Source: Acidobacteriota bacterium (lineage in GTDB: Bacteria; Acidobacteriota; Polarisedimenticolia; JACPZX01; DASXTC01). Taken from it: a stretch of DNA of 29,738 nucleotides. Of the stretch, positions 19,259-28,113 are shown piece after piece; position 1 is the stretch's first letter; the number at the start of each line of letters is the position of its first letter. Position numbers and translations under genes: made by a program. The notes below the pieces were generated by a model. It had not been told where the DNA came from, did no database searches, and saw nothing but the letters and a program-made list of their open reading frames with translations. The stretch is taken from positions 1 through 29,738 of the forward strand of contig JBHHZN010000001.1 of the NCBI GenBank assembly GCA_046758155.1, read 5' to 3'.

Positions 19259-20115
19259 TCCACGCCCGCGTCGCCCGCCGCCACAGGACCGCCAGGCTTT
19301 TCCGGTACGCCTGCACGGGCATCACCTGGTCGGGCGTCGCCGTCCTCGCGATCCTGCTGCTTCACGCCTGCCGGGAGGGGTTCGCCTGGCTCGATCCGCA
19401 GTTCCTCAGCCATTTTCCTTCACGATTTCCCGAGAAGGCCGGCATCCGATCCGCCCTGTATGGAACCGCGTGGCTGATCGTGTTGACGGCCGCCATATCG
19501 ATCCCCATCGGTGTCTGCGCCGCTGTTTACCTCGAGGAGTACGCGACGAGGGGAAGGTTCGCGCGCTTTCTCGACATCAACATCGCGAACCTCGCGGGCG
19601 TGCCCTCCATCGTGTACGGCATTCTCGGCTTGACGATCTTCGTCCGCTGGTTCGCCCTCGGACGCAGTGTCCTGGCGGGCAGCCTGACGATGAGCCTGCT
19701 GATCCTGCCGGTCGTCATCATCGCGGCTCGAGAGGCGATCAAGAGCGTGCCGACGAGCATCAGGCAGGCGGCCTTCGCCCTCGGAGCGACCCGATGGGCG
19801 ACGGTCCGCGACCACGTCCTTCCTGCGGCCCTGCCCGGCATCCTGACCGGCCTGATCCTCTCGATGTCCCGCGCGCTGGGAGAGACGGCGCCACTCATCA
19901 TGATCGGCGCCTTGACGTACGTGGCCTTCGTGCCGTCCGGCCCGATGGATCCCTTCACGGCGCTTCCAATCCAGATCTTCAACTGGGCCTCTCGGCCACA
20001 AAAACAGTTTCACGAACTGGCCGCCGCGGGAATCATCGTGCTTCTGTTCATGCTGCTGGCGATGAACGCGACGGCCGTTTTCATCCGAAGCAGGGCGGAA
20101 AGGAACCGAGGATGA
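19255..20115 (+). CDS. pstA: Phosphate ABC transporter permease PstA
   Basis: [11 protein letters not shown] and RALGETAPL motifs. ATGA overlap with pstC; the ORF track start at 18535 is a spurious extension. Confidence 0.93.
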   Translation: MIHARVARRHRTARLFRYACTGITWSGVAVLAILLLHACREGFAWLDPQFLSHFPSRFPEKAGIRSALYGTAWLIVLTAAISIPIGVCAAVYLEEYATRGRFARFLDINIANLAGVPSIVYGILGLTIFVRWFALGRSVLAGSLTMSLLILPVVIIAAREAIKSVPTSIRQAAFALGATRWATVRDHVLPAALPGILTGLILSMSRALGETAPLIMIGALTYVAFVPSGPMDPFTALPIQIFNWASRPQKQFHELAAAGIIVLLFMLLAMNATAVFIRSRAERNRG

Positions 20116-20882
20116 GCACCGGCGGCGCGGCCGAGCCGGCCTCCATCCTCGAGAGCCGCAACGTGTCCGTTTCCTACGGCCCGAAGGCCGCGCTATGCCG
20201 CGTCTCCCTCTCCATTCCTCAACGCCGCATCACGGCCATCATCGGTCCCTCCGGCTGCGGCAAGAGCACGTTGCTGCGATCGTTCAACAGGATGAACGAT
20301 TTCATTCCCGGCATGAGCATGCAAGGGGCGGTCCTGTACAAGGGAAGGGATCTCTACGCCCCCGGCGTCGATCCGGTCGATGTCCGGCGGCGGATCGGCA
20401 TGGTCTTTCAGGAACCGAATCCATTTCCCAAATCGATCTTCAAGAACGTCGCCTGGGGCCCGGCCATCACCGGGTTCTCCGATATCACCGAGCGGGTCGA
20501 GCGGTCCCTGCGGCAGAGCGCTCTCTGGGACGAGGTCAAGGATCGCCTGCACGACTCCGCGCTCACTCTCTCGGGGGGGCAACAGCAGCGCCTTTGCATC
20601 GCGCGAGCCCTCGCCATGGAGCCGGAGGTTATCCTGATGGACGAGCCCTGCTCGGCCCTGGATCCCGTCTCCACGTCACGCATAGAGGATCTGATGTTCC
20701 AGCTCAAGGAACGCTACACGATCATCATCGTCACCCACAACATGCAGCAGGCCGGGCGGGTGTCCAGTTCCACGGCATTTCTGGAGGACGGCCGGCTCAT
20801 CGAGTTCGGCGACACCGAGCAGATCTTCACACGCCCGGCACGGAAGCGCACCGAGGATTACGTCTCCGGGCGGTTCGGATAG
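20112..20882 (+). CDS. pstB: Phosphate ABC transporter ATP-binding protein PstB
   Basis: Walker [10 protein letters not shown], signature [27 protein letters not shown] and [13 protein letters not shown] overlap with pstA. Confidence 0.95.
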   Translation: MSTGGAAEPASILESRNVSVSYGPKAALCRVSLSIPQRRITAIIGPSGCGKSTLLRSFNRMNDFIPGMSMQGAVLYKGRDLYAPGVDPVDVRRRIGMVFQEPNPFPKSIFKNVAWGPAITGFSDITERVERSLRQSALWDEVKDRLHDSALTLSGGQQQRLCIARALAMEPEVILMDEPCSALDPVSTSRIEDLMFQLKERYTIIIVTHNMQQAGRVSSSTAFLEDGRLIEFGDTEQIFTRPARKRTEDYVSGRFG

Positions 20883-20894
20883 GAGAAAGCGCTC

Positions 20895-21560
20895 ATGTCG
20901 ATTCATCTTCAACGCGACATGGAACATCTCAAGAAGGCGATCCTCTCTCTCGGGTCCATGGTGGAGGAAGCCACCAACAAGTCCATTCTCGCCCTGGTCG
21001 ATCGCAGGCCCGATCTGTCCCAGGAGGTCATCAACGGCGACGCCCACATCGACCGGGAGGAAGTCGAGATCGAAGAGGACTGTTTGAAGATTCTCGCCCT
21101 CCACCAGCCGGTCGCCGCCGACCTCCGCTTCATCATCGGCGTCTTGAAGGTCAACAACGACCTGGAGCGCATGGGCGATCTCTGTCTCAACATCGCCGAG
21201 CGGGCCGCCTACCTCTGCTCTCACGAACCCCTGGTGCCCACCGTGGAGTTCTCGAGCATGGCGAAGCACACCCTCACGATGCTCAGGAGAAGCCTCGACG
21301 CGCTGATCGGCCGGAACACCGTGCTGGCGCGCGAAGTTCTTGCGATGGACGATCGGATCGACGAGGCGAACAGACGGATGTTCGCCCGGCTGCAGGATCT
21401 GATGCGGCAGGATCCCGAGCTGATCGATCGATGCGTGCAGTTGATCTCCGTCTCGCGCTACCTGGAACGGATCGCGGACCTGACGACCAACATCGCCGAG
21501 GACGTCGTCTTCATGATCGACGGCGAGCTGATCCGTCACCAGCCTCCCGGAGGATCATGA
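20895..21560 (+). CDS. phoU: Phosphate signalling protein PhoU
   Basis: LHQPVAADLR, DLERMGD and LERIADLTTNIAEDVVF repeats; last gene of the pst operon. Confidence 0.93.
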   Translation: MSIHLQRDMEHLKKAILSLGSMVEEATNKSILALVDRRPDLSQEVINGDAHIDREEVEIEEDCLKILALHQPVAADLRFIIGVLKVNNDLERMGDLCLNIAERAAYLCSHEPLVPTVEFSSMAKHTLTMLRRSLDALIGRNTVLAREVLAMDDRIDEANRRMFARLQDLMRQDPELIDRCVQLISVSRYLERIADLTTNIAEDVVFMIDGELIRHQPPGGS

Positions 21561-22204
21561 GGCGCGCCGGCGGGACCGTGAAGCTCCCCCTGGTCCCGGG
21601 GCGCCGGCGCCTGCCGGCCGAGCAGCCGCTCGAGCATCCGCTCGACGGCGGGAGGAAAGGACCACTGCTGGATCAGGACGATGACTCCGTCGCGGTCCAT
21701 CACGTAAAGCAGGTTCGGCTTCAACCCGTACGACGCCCGCACCGTCTCGCCGGGAGGCTCCACCAGGACCGTGGCGGTGGTCCTCAACAAGCCGGCGGCC
21801 TTGCGGGCCTGGGCGATCCGCTGCCTGATCCGGTAGGTCTGGCGCCAGGGCGCCCCGGGGTGCTCCTCGCGCGAGTACAGCAGGAAGAAGGCGACGTCCC
21901 GGTCGCTGAATCGCTCCCGGATCCGCTGCATGGCCGAAGCCTTCGACCGGAATACGTTTCAGGAGTACGAGCCGAATTCCAGGACGGCGATGCGTCCGGC
22001 CCGGGCCTCGGAGAACCGGACGGGGGTTCCGTCCAGATCGTAGGCCCAGAAGTCCGGGGCCTCGGCCCCCTTGATCGCCCGGCGCGAAGGAATGAGAGGA
22101 AGGGCATCCGGGGCAGGCAAGGCCCCTCCGGCCCCCCTGCCTCCCGCGGGCGCGGAAGCGGAGACCGCGAGCAGCATCATCACCTGGACGAGGAACGGTC
22201 GCAT
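21536..22204 (-). CDS. Iodothyronine deiodinase-like (thioredoxin-fold) selenoprotein; TGA at 21959-21961 read as Sec (222 aa, U82)
   Basis: ORFs 21959..22204 and 21536..21931 are in the same frame and join as APDFWAYDLDG..VLEFGSYS-TGA-NVFRSKASAMQ..FFLLYSREEHPGAPW..SYGLKPNLLYVMDRDG. This corresponds to the deiodinase FGSxT-U and YIxEAHP motifs. N-terminal signal peptide present. Confidence 0.8.
21932..21948 (-). promoter_or_regulatory. Bacterial SECIS-like hairpin immediately 3' of the UGA
   Basis: The mRNA reads UGA-AACGUAUUCC-GGUCGAA-GGC-UUCGGCC: a 7-bp stem (one G-U pair) whose loop starts with G, 17 nt after the UGA. Confidence 0.6.
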
Positions 22205-22398
22205 CGATTCGCCATCTCAAACAAGCCTCGTCGCGGAAAGTATTCCCCCCCCGACCGCCTCGCGGCAACGTTGCCTGCGCCGGGCCCCCAGGTGCTGACT
22301 CCTCCCGGGCCCGGGCCGCCTCATGATCGACCCACGCCGACGAGATCGAACCGGTCGCCCGATCCCTCGCCCAGGAGAGAAGGGAGTCCGGCCTCGGC

Positions 22399-23958
22399 TC
22401 AGGCGGCTCCGGCGCTGGCGCTGGCGCCGGCGCGGACCATGTCGCGGGGAAGGTCCATCAGCCGTGTCCCCTGGACCGAGCGATGGACCTCCAGGAAGGT
22501 GTTCGCGTCGGTCAGGTTTCTCAGGGCGCGTGGAAGGCCGATCATGCGGGAGATCAGCCATGGGGAGAACGCGGCCGCGAGCAACAACTGGTTGATCTGG
22601 CTTGGCCGGAAGCGGACCTGCTGGGCCACGCGGTAGACCCTCGCCACCTGCCGGTAGAACTCCCCGATATCGAGTTTTGTCTTCATCAGGGCGGTGAACA
22701 GTGAGAAGGCCGGATGCGTCACCACGCCTCGATCGGCGAGCTCGGGGCTCTGCCGGAGGACCTCCTCGTACAGGACGGTTCCCGGCAGCGGCGTGGCGAT
22801 GGTGAAGCTGGCGACGCGGATCCAGGGCCGGTGGGCCTTGAGGAACCGCACGATCTCGTCGAAGTAGGCGATATCCGCATCACAGGGAATGACGATCTGC
22901 GCGAGGACGGAAGCCCCAGCGCGCGCCGCGGCGCGGATGGCCTCGCTGTTGGTGTCCACCGTGTTCCTCTTGCTGTAGTTGTCGAGCTGCTCGTCGGTCA
23001 CCGCCTCGATGCCGAAGAAGATCCACTTGAGACGTCCCTCCCTGATCCAGCTCTTGAAGCGTTCTTCCTGGCGCATGTAAAGGTCCGTGCGCGTCTCGGC
23101 GGTGATGTAGAAACTCATCCTTCGAGGCAGAAAGTCCGAGCTCAACCACTTCAAAAGCGGATCATGCAGTTCACGGATCTGCTTCTCGCTGCCCTGCATG
23201 AAGATATCGTCGGCCAGCAGGACGGTGCGCGCCAGGGGAGGCAGCGAGCGGAAATCATGCTTGACGTTTTCCAGCGACGCCAGCGATACCTTCCGGCCGT
23301 GGGTCATCCAGACACTGCAGAAGTTGCAGTCGAACGGACAGCCTTCACTCATCTGGCCGATCCCCGCGGGCCTGAACCCCTGCAAGTACGATCTCCAGTA
23401 ACGCCCGGGAAGCAGGTGCCAGGCGTAAGGACGCAGGTGCGACATCGGCCGCGCCATGGTCGGTCCTGGAGTCAGGGTCCACCGGCCGTCTTCCCGATGG
23501 AAGAATCCCGGGAAAGATGCGGGGCGTTCTCTCGTCTCGGCGATCTGCGCGACCAGAGACGCCAGCGCCATGTCACCGCCACGAAAGCAGATCAGATCGG
23601 CGGCGGAATTGTAAAACGCCTCCGGTTCCTCGGAAGGCGCCGTTCCGCCGAGAACGATCGTCGTCGCCGGGCACGCCCGGCGGAGGTCGGAGGCCGCCGC
23701 GATCGCCTCCTCGCCGTTGGAGGTGAACGTCAAGGAGATGCCGACCAGGTCAGGAGGATCGGTCCGAACTCTCTCGAGGAAACGCCGCCGTTCTCCACGG
23801 ATCCTGAAATCGACGATCTCGATGTCGGCGCCCTCGATCTGGCCGGCCAGGCGGATCTGGGCCAGCGGAGGATAGGTGGCGATGAGCGGCAGGCCGAACC
23901 GGCGGCTGATGGGGTTGATATCGGGCTCGATCAGGACCACACGGGGTCGACGGTTCAC
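22399..23958 (-). CDS. Cobalamin-binding radical SAM enzyme (class B methylase type), resembling hopanoid C-3 methylase HpnR
   Basis: N-terminal B12-binding-like domain (YPPLA, DLVGIS, IVLGG), CxxxCxxC in GCPFDCNFCSVW, then ADD, ETRTD, FFGIEA and TPLPGT. GTG start behind a GGAG-rich SD. Confidence 0.8.
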   Translation of the reverse strand: MNRRPRVVLIEPDINPISRRFGLPLIATYPPLAQIRLAGQIEGADIEIVDFRIRGERRRFLERVRTDPPDLVGISLTFTSNGEEAIAAASDLRRACPATTIVLGGTAPSEEPEAFYNSAADLICFRGGDMALASLVAQIAETRERPASFPGFFHREDGRWTLTPGPTMARPMSHLRPYAWHLLPGRYWRSYLQGFRPAGIGQMSEGCPFDCNFCSVWMTHGRKVSLASLENVKHDFRSLPPLARTVLLADDIFMQGSEKQIRELHDPLLKWLSSDFLPRRMSFYITAETRTDLYMRQEERFKSWIREGRLKWIFFGIEAVTDEQLDNYSKRNTVDTNSEAIRAAARAGASVLAQIVIPCDADIAYFDEIVRFLKAHRPWIRVASFTIATPLPGTVLYEEVLRQSPELADRGVVTHPAFSLFTALMKTKLDIGEFYRQVARVYRVAQQVRFRPSQINQLLLAAAFSPWLISRMIGLPRALRNLTDANTFLEVHRSVQGTRLMDLPRDMVRAGASASAGAA

Positions 23959-24102
23959 GACGATCCTCGCTCTCCTCTCCTGCCCCAGGTTGCGCCGCGC
24001 GCCGCCGCCCTGACAGGCCCTTCCGCCTCGTCCCGGGACCTACAGCTACCCCCTGGAGGCAGCCCGCTGACCGCTTGACTCGACGTCGTTGAGAGTGTCC
24101 CC

Positions 24103-24132
24103 ACTCTAGCGTGTCTTCCGCGCCACTGTCAA
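24103..24132 (-). promoter_or_regulatory. sigma70-type promoter for the radical SAM gene
   Basis: Minus strand TTGACA (24132-24127), 18-nt spacer, TAGAGT (24108-24103). Confidence 0.55.
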
Positions 24133-24496
24133 CGAGGCGATCCGCCCGACCCCGTCCGAGAGAAGGAGCCTGCCTCCGCTGCGCATCGACCTACACGAGA
24201 ACGGCTTCCTCGCTCGACGGGCGTCCCCGGATTCACCCCGGATCTCGAAGCGAACGCGTGACCGTGGAGGACGGCACCGATCCTCGAGGATCGACCGCGC
24301 CGCCATCCGGGAACGCTTCGTTCGATCTCGTTTCTGGGAACGGAGTCTCCGGCGCCCTTCGAACAGCGCCCGATATGTCTCCTGGTTTCCCGAGGCACGT
24401 GACGGCGCCGGCCGGCCTGGACCTGGTCGCGCCGCCCGGGCGCGCATCGAGCCGGCGAACATCCTCTTCGCATGACACGATAGGGATCATCCACCG

Positions 24497-24505
24497 TGAT
24501 ACAAT
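24497..24505 (+). promoter_or_regulatory. Extended -10 promoter candidate for the cytochrome operon
   Basis: TG-A-TACAAT about 125 nt upstream of ATG 24631. Confidence 0.4.
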
Positions 24506-24630
24506 GTTTTGCACCGAGACCCATCGGGGAACACGTGGACCACGCAGAGGAGATCCTGTTTGCGCGGAATCCGGGCGTGGAGTACCGAGCCGGGCAGCCT
24601 GGAGGGGCTCCTGTTGACGGCCGCAGCGCG

Positions 24631-25881
24631 ATGAGGCGACTCTTATCACCTCCTGTTGTTTTCTCGGGCACGGTCCTGGCGCTGTGCCTGGCGCTGCTCG
24701 CCGGGGTGGATCCCGGCGCCCGGCCGGCATGGGCGGCCTCGGCTGAAACGTTTTCCGCCCTGGTGCACAGGCTCGACGCCCAGGACTGGGTGCCGCCATA
24801 CTTCGCCGGCCATGTGCCGGTGTTCAACGCCCCGCGGGAGGAACAGCTCCTGCGCCGGATGTCGAAGGAATCTTTCACCCTGGTACCCGTCGGCCTCTAT
24901 GCGTATCGAACCTCACCCTTGCGGGTCGAGGTCGGCAAGCGGCTCTTTCACCGTTATGACTGGGGAACGTCGCAGCGCTGGCGATCCGACGAGCGATACA
25001 TGTTCTATGCCCTCGGTGTGTCCACCTTCCGGGATTTTCAGTCGCGCTACGGTGTGCTGGGCGGCACCGACGCGCAGCTCGTCGGAATCGTCGGCATGCC
25101 CGCGCCGGATGGGCGCATCGATTACGGATGGTCGTGCGCCTTGTGTCACGAGGGTGCCGGAGACGGCGGACGCCCCACTCCCGGTGTTCCGAACCACCTG
25201 TACGAATACGGCCGCGTCCGTTATCAGGGACTGGTCGCCCACGATCCCGCGCCCGATTTCGCGCGTCCCGGCGCCACCGATCACGACATCCCGATCGGGC
25301 ACCTCGCGGCCCTCGGTCCGGGGCGGATGGACATGAACGCCGATCGCGTCGAGAATCCCGTCAAGATCCCGCCCCTGTGGGGATTGAAGGAGGTACGCAC
25401 CGGGATCTTCGCCAACGGCAGCATCGGCAACATATGGTTTGTTCTCGGCATCCACAACGGCGGGATCTCCTATCCCTCATCGGAGCTGCTCGAAGCTCTC
25501 GTGGCGTACGTGCTGAGCATCGAACCCCCGCCGAACCCGCGTCCGAAAGGAGCCGCCGAACAACGGGGAGAGAAGGTGTTCGAACGCGCCGGCTGCCGCA
25601 CGTGCCATGCGGGCCCCTACTACACCAACGGTGAGGTCATCTCGCTGGAGGTCATCGGCACCGATCCGGAACGCGCCCGGCAGGAGTTTCCGAAAGGGTA
25701 TCGCGTGCCGACCTTGCGCCGCCTTGATCTGCAGCGCCTGTTTCTTCACGATGGCTCGATCGGATCACTCGGCGATCTTTTTTCACGCGAGCGGCTCAAA
25801 ACGACTGGGGGCCACCTGTACGGCCTGGACCTATCCGAAGCGGAGAAACGAGATCTTGTGGCATTCCTCCTCTCACTCTGA
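24631..25881 (+). CDS. Exported di-haem c-type cytochrome, RoxA/CcP-MauG superfamily-like (paralogue 1)
   Basis: Signal peptide from ATG 24631. Haem motifs CALCH and CRTCH, plus GPGRMD, IGTDPER, GYRVPTL, FLHDGS and GGHLYG..LVAFLLSL. Confidence 0.8.
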   Translation: MRRLLSPPVVFSGTVLALCLALLAGVDPGARPAWAASAETFSALVHRLDAQDWVPPYFAGHVPVFNAPREEQLLRRMSKESFTLVPVGLYAYRTSPLRVEVGKRLFHRYDWGTSQRWRSDERYMFYALGVSTFRDFQSRYGVLGGTDAQLVGIVGMPAPDGRIDYGWSCALCHEGAGDGGRPTPGVPNHLYEYGRVRYQGLVAHDPAPDFARPGATDHDIPIGHLAALGPGRMDMNADRVENPVKIPPLWGLKEVRTGIFANGSIGNIWFVLGIHNGGISYPSSELLEALVAYVLSIEPPPNPRPKGAAEQRGEKVFERAGCRTCHAGPYYTNGEVISLEVIGTDPERARQEFPKGYRVPTLRRLDLQRLFLHDGSIGSLGDLFSRERLKTTGGHLYGLDLSEAEKRDLVAFLLSL

Positions 25882-27192
25882 CCGCACTCCAGAGGCCTCG
25901 CCCGTCCGGCGTCGCCGGGCGAGCGCCTGGTGGCCGGGAACCGCCCTGGCCATCATGCTGAGCATGCCTTGGGGATGCGCGCCCGCGAACAAGACGGTCC
26001 CCGCAGAAAAAGGCGACCGATTGCGGGAATCGGGCGATCTGGTCGCGGACCTGAAGAGAAGAGGCTGGGAGCCGCCCTACTTTCAGGGCACCATCAGGAC
26101 ATTCCCGGAGGGGTACCACCTGAGCCTGGCCCGGCGGGCGCTGGCGAGCCGACAGACACGATCACGATCGGTGGATTCACCTACAGGACGTCTCCGGCCC
26201 TGATCGCCGCGGGGCGGGAGATATTCCGGAATCACGACTTCGGTTCGCACCTTTTTTGGGACTTTCGCAGAGCGATCGACTACTCCACGGGAATCACCGA
26301 TGCAGCCGAGTACTCGAGACGCTACGGCGTCAAGCGCGATGGGGAAGGGTATTTCGTCGGCCTGGTCGGAGTGAAAAGAAACGACGGGAAGGTCATGTAT
26401 GGACATTCCTGCGCCCTGTGCCACGCGAACGTCGGCGAGGACGGCGCGATCGTGGAAGGAATGGCCAATCATGACTATGACGTCGGGCTATACTACGAGG
26501 CCCTGCGATCGACGATACGCGATGTGGACCAGATCTATCTGGGCGACGCGGGCCTCGACGTGCTGGGCTCCCAGGGAGCCGGGCGAACCGATTCCACCAT
26601 GGACGGGTTCTACGCCCCGATGCGGATCCCCCACCTGTTCGCGCTGAGGGCCTTCGAGCACGGCCTGCGGGCCAACGGCGACATGCCCAACCTGTGGATC
26701 CAGTGCTATCGCAACCTCAACGGCGCGTACGCGGTGGATTCGGACATCATGGAGGCCCTCATGGCCTTCCTCCTCTCCATCAAAGCCCCGCCGAACCCAC
26801 GCCACCTTGGAGAGAGGGAAAGACACGGAGAGACGATCTTCCGTGGGCAGAGATGCCATCGCTGCCATCTGCCCCCTTACTACACGAACGGGCGGGTGAT
26901 CGACTGGAAATCGATACGCACCGATCCCGACCGCATCCACAACGGCTACCCGAAAGGATACAAGGTCCCGAGCCTTCTCAGGCTCGATCGCTACCGCTTC
27001 TATCTTCACGACGGCTCCCTGACCGCACTCGGACAACTGTTCGATCCGGCGCGGCTCGAACCGACGTACCAGGCGCCGGGCATTCCGCCGGCTCGTCGCA
27101 AACCGGGTGTGGGAGTGCCGGGCCATCGTTTCGGCCTGCGCCTCTCGCCATCGGATCGTGCGGATCTGATCGCTTTTCTCGAGTCGCTCTAG
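25856..27192 (+). pseudogene. Second di-haem RoxA-like cytochrome (paralogue 2), with an apparent single-base frameshift at about 26135-26160; start uncertain
   Basis: The frame of ORF 25607..26203 gives a lipoprotein-like signal (RRRRASAWWPGTALAIMLSMPWGC) and LVADLKRRGWEPPYFQG, homologous to LVHRLDAQDWVPPYFAG of paralogue 1. The frame of ORF 25930..27192 carries TYRTSP, CALCH, CHRCH, LHDGS and GHRFG. Confidence 0.7.
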
Positions 27193-27286
27193 CGACGATG
27201 CCTCCGCCGCGTCTCCAGTGCGAACCCATCCGGCAAGCCATCACCGTTCACCCGAGAACCACCGGGAAACGACCCGGGAGGATCCC

Positions 27287-28084
27287 ATGAAGACCATCGC
27301 CCCGTCATCCTCGTTGCTCATCGTCTGGATCGCCCTCGTCGCCGGGTGCGCCGAGCCGGCCCGATTCCCCTCGGGACGCGTCGTCGATCTCACCTATCCG
27401 TTCGACTCCACGACCATCTACTGGCCCACGGAACCGCCCTTCCGGTACGAGCGGAACACGGAAGGGGTGACCGAGGCGGGACATTGGTACGCCTCGGGCC
27501 GCTTCGCCGCCGCGGAGCACGGCGGCACCCACATCGACGCCCCTTTTCATTTCTGGGAGGCCGGATCGAAGCTGGATGCCATCGACCCGGGCCGGCTCAT
27601 CGGCCCCGGGATCGTGGTTGACGTCTCGCGATCGTGCGGCAAGGACCCGGATTACCTGGTGACGGTCGATGACCTGCTGGGCTGGGAGAAACGCAACGGC
27701 AAGATCCCCGACGGAGCCATCGTCCTGCTGAAGACCGGTTTCGGCGCTTTTTACCCCCGGCGGGATCGTTACCTGGGAACGGCGGAGATGGGCGCGGCGG
27801 CGGTCGCGAAACTCCATTTCCCGGGTCTGCACCCGGACGCCGCGCGATGGATCGCCACGCAGCGTTCCATAGGGGCCATCGGGCTGGATACGGCGAGCAT
27901 CGATCGGGGACAGTCGGTGGATTTCGGCTCGCACATCGCGCTGTTCGAGCACGACATTCCCGCCCTCGAGAACATCGCGAACCTGAGCGATCTGCCCGAA
28001 GTCGGATTCGACATCATAGCTCTGCCGATGAAGATCGGCGGCGGCACCGGGGGCCCGCTGCGCATCGTGGCGATCCTGCCGTGA
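27287..28084 (+). CDS. Cyclase-family (kynurenine formamidase-like) metal-dependent hydrolase, lipoprotein
   Basis: Lipobox LVAGC, VVDLTYP, EHGGTHIDAPFHF (HxGTHxDxPxH), HFPG, GLDTASID, LENIANL and ALPMKIGGGTGGPLRIVA. SD GGAGGA before ATG 27287. Confidence 0.9.
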   Translation: MKTIAPSSSLLIVWIALVAGCAEPARFPSGRVVDLTYPFDSTTIYWPTEPPFRYERNTEGVTEAGHWYASGRFAAAEHGGTHIDAPFHFWEAGSKLDAIDPGRLIGPGIVVDVSRSCGKDPDYLVTVDDLLGWEKRNGKIPDGAIVLLKTGFGAFYPRRDRYLGTAEMGAAAVAKLHFPGLHPDAARWIATQRSIGAIGLDTASIDRGQSVDFGSHIALFEHDIPALENIANLSDLPEVGFDIIALPMKIGGGTGGPLRIVAILP

Positions 28085-28113
28085 AGGCTCCGGAGCCGGC
28101 CGGACCGCACGGG

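Noticed and set aside
24278-24293. 16-bp perfect palindrome CGATCCTCGAGGATCG in the divergent intergenic region
   Set aside because: About one palindrome of this length is expected by chance in 30 kb of GC-rich DNA. There is no second copy and no link to a promoter.
24106-24630. Short ORFs or an ncRNA in the roughly 670-nt gap between the radical SAM gene and cytochrome 1
   Set aside because: The ORFs overlap each other in several frames with no motifs or SD. I found no recognisable tRNA, tmRNA, RNase P, SRP or 6S signature.
21536-27192. An iodine-metabolism island, by analogy with IdrP1/P2 peroxidases plus a deiodinase
   Set aside because: No IdrA/IdrB molybdo-enzyme genes are present, the cytochromes look RoxA-like and not CcP-like, and they are transcribed away from the selenoprotein. 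The link rests on analogy only.
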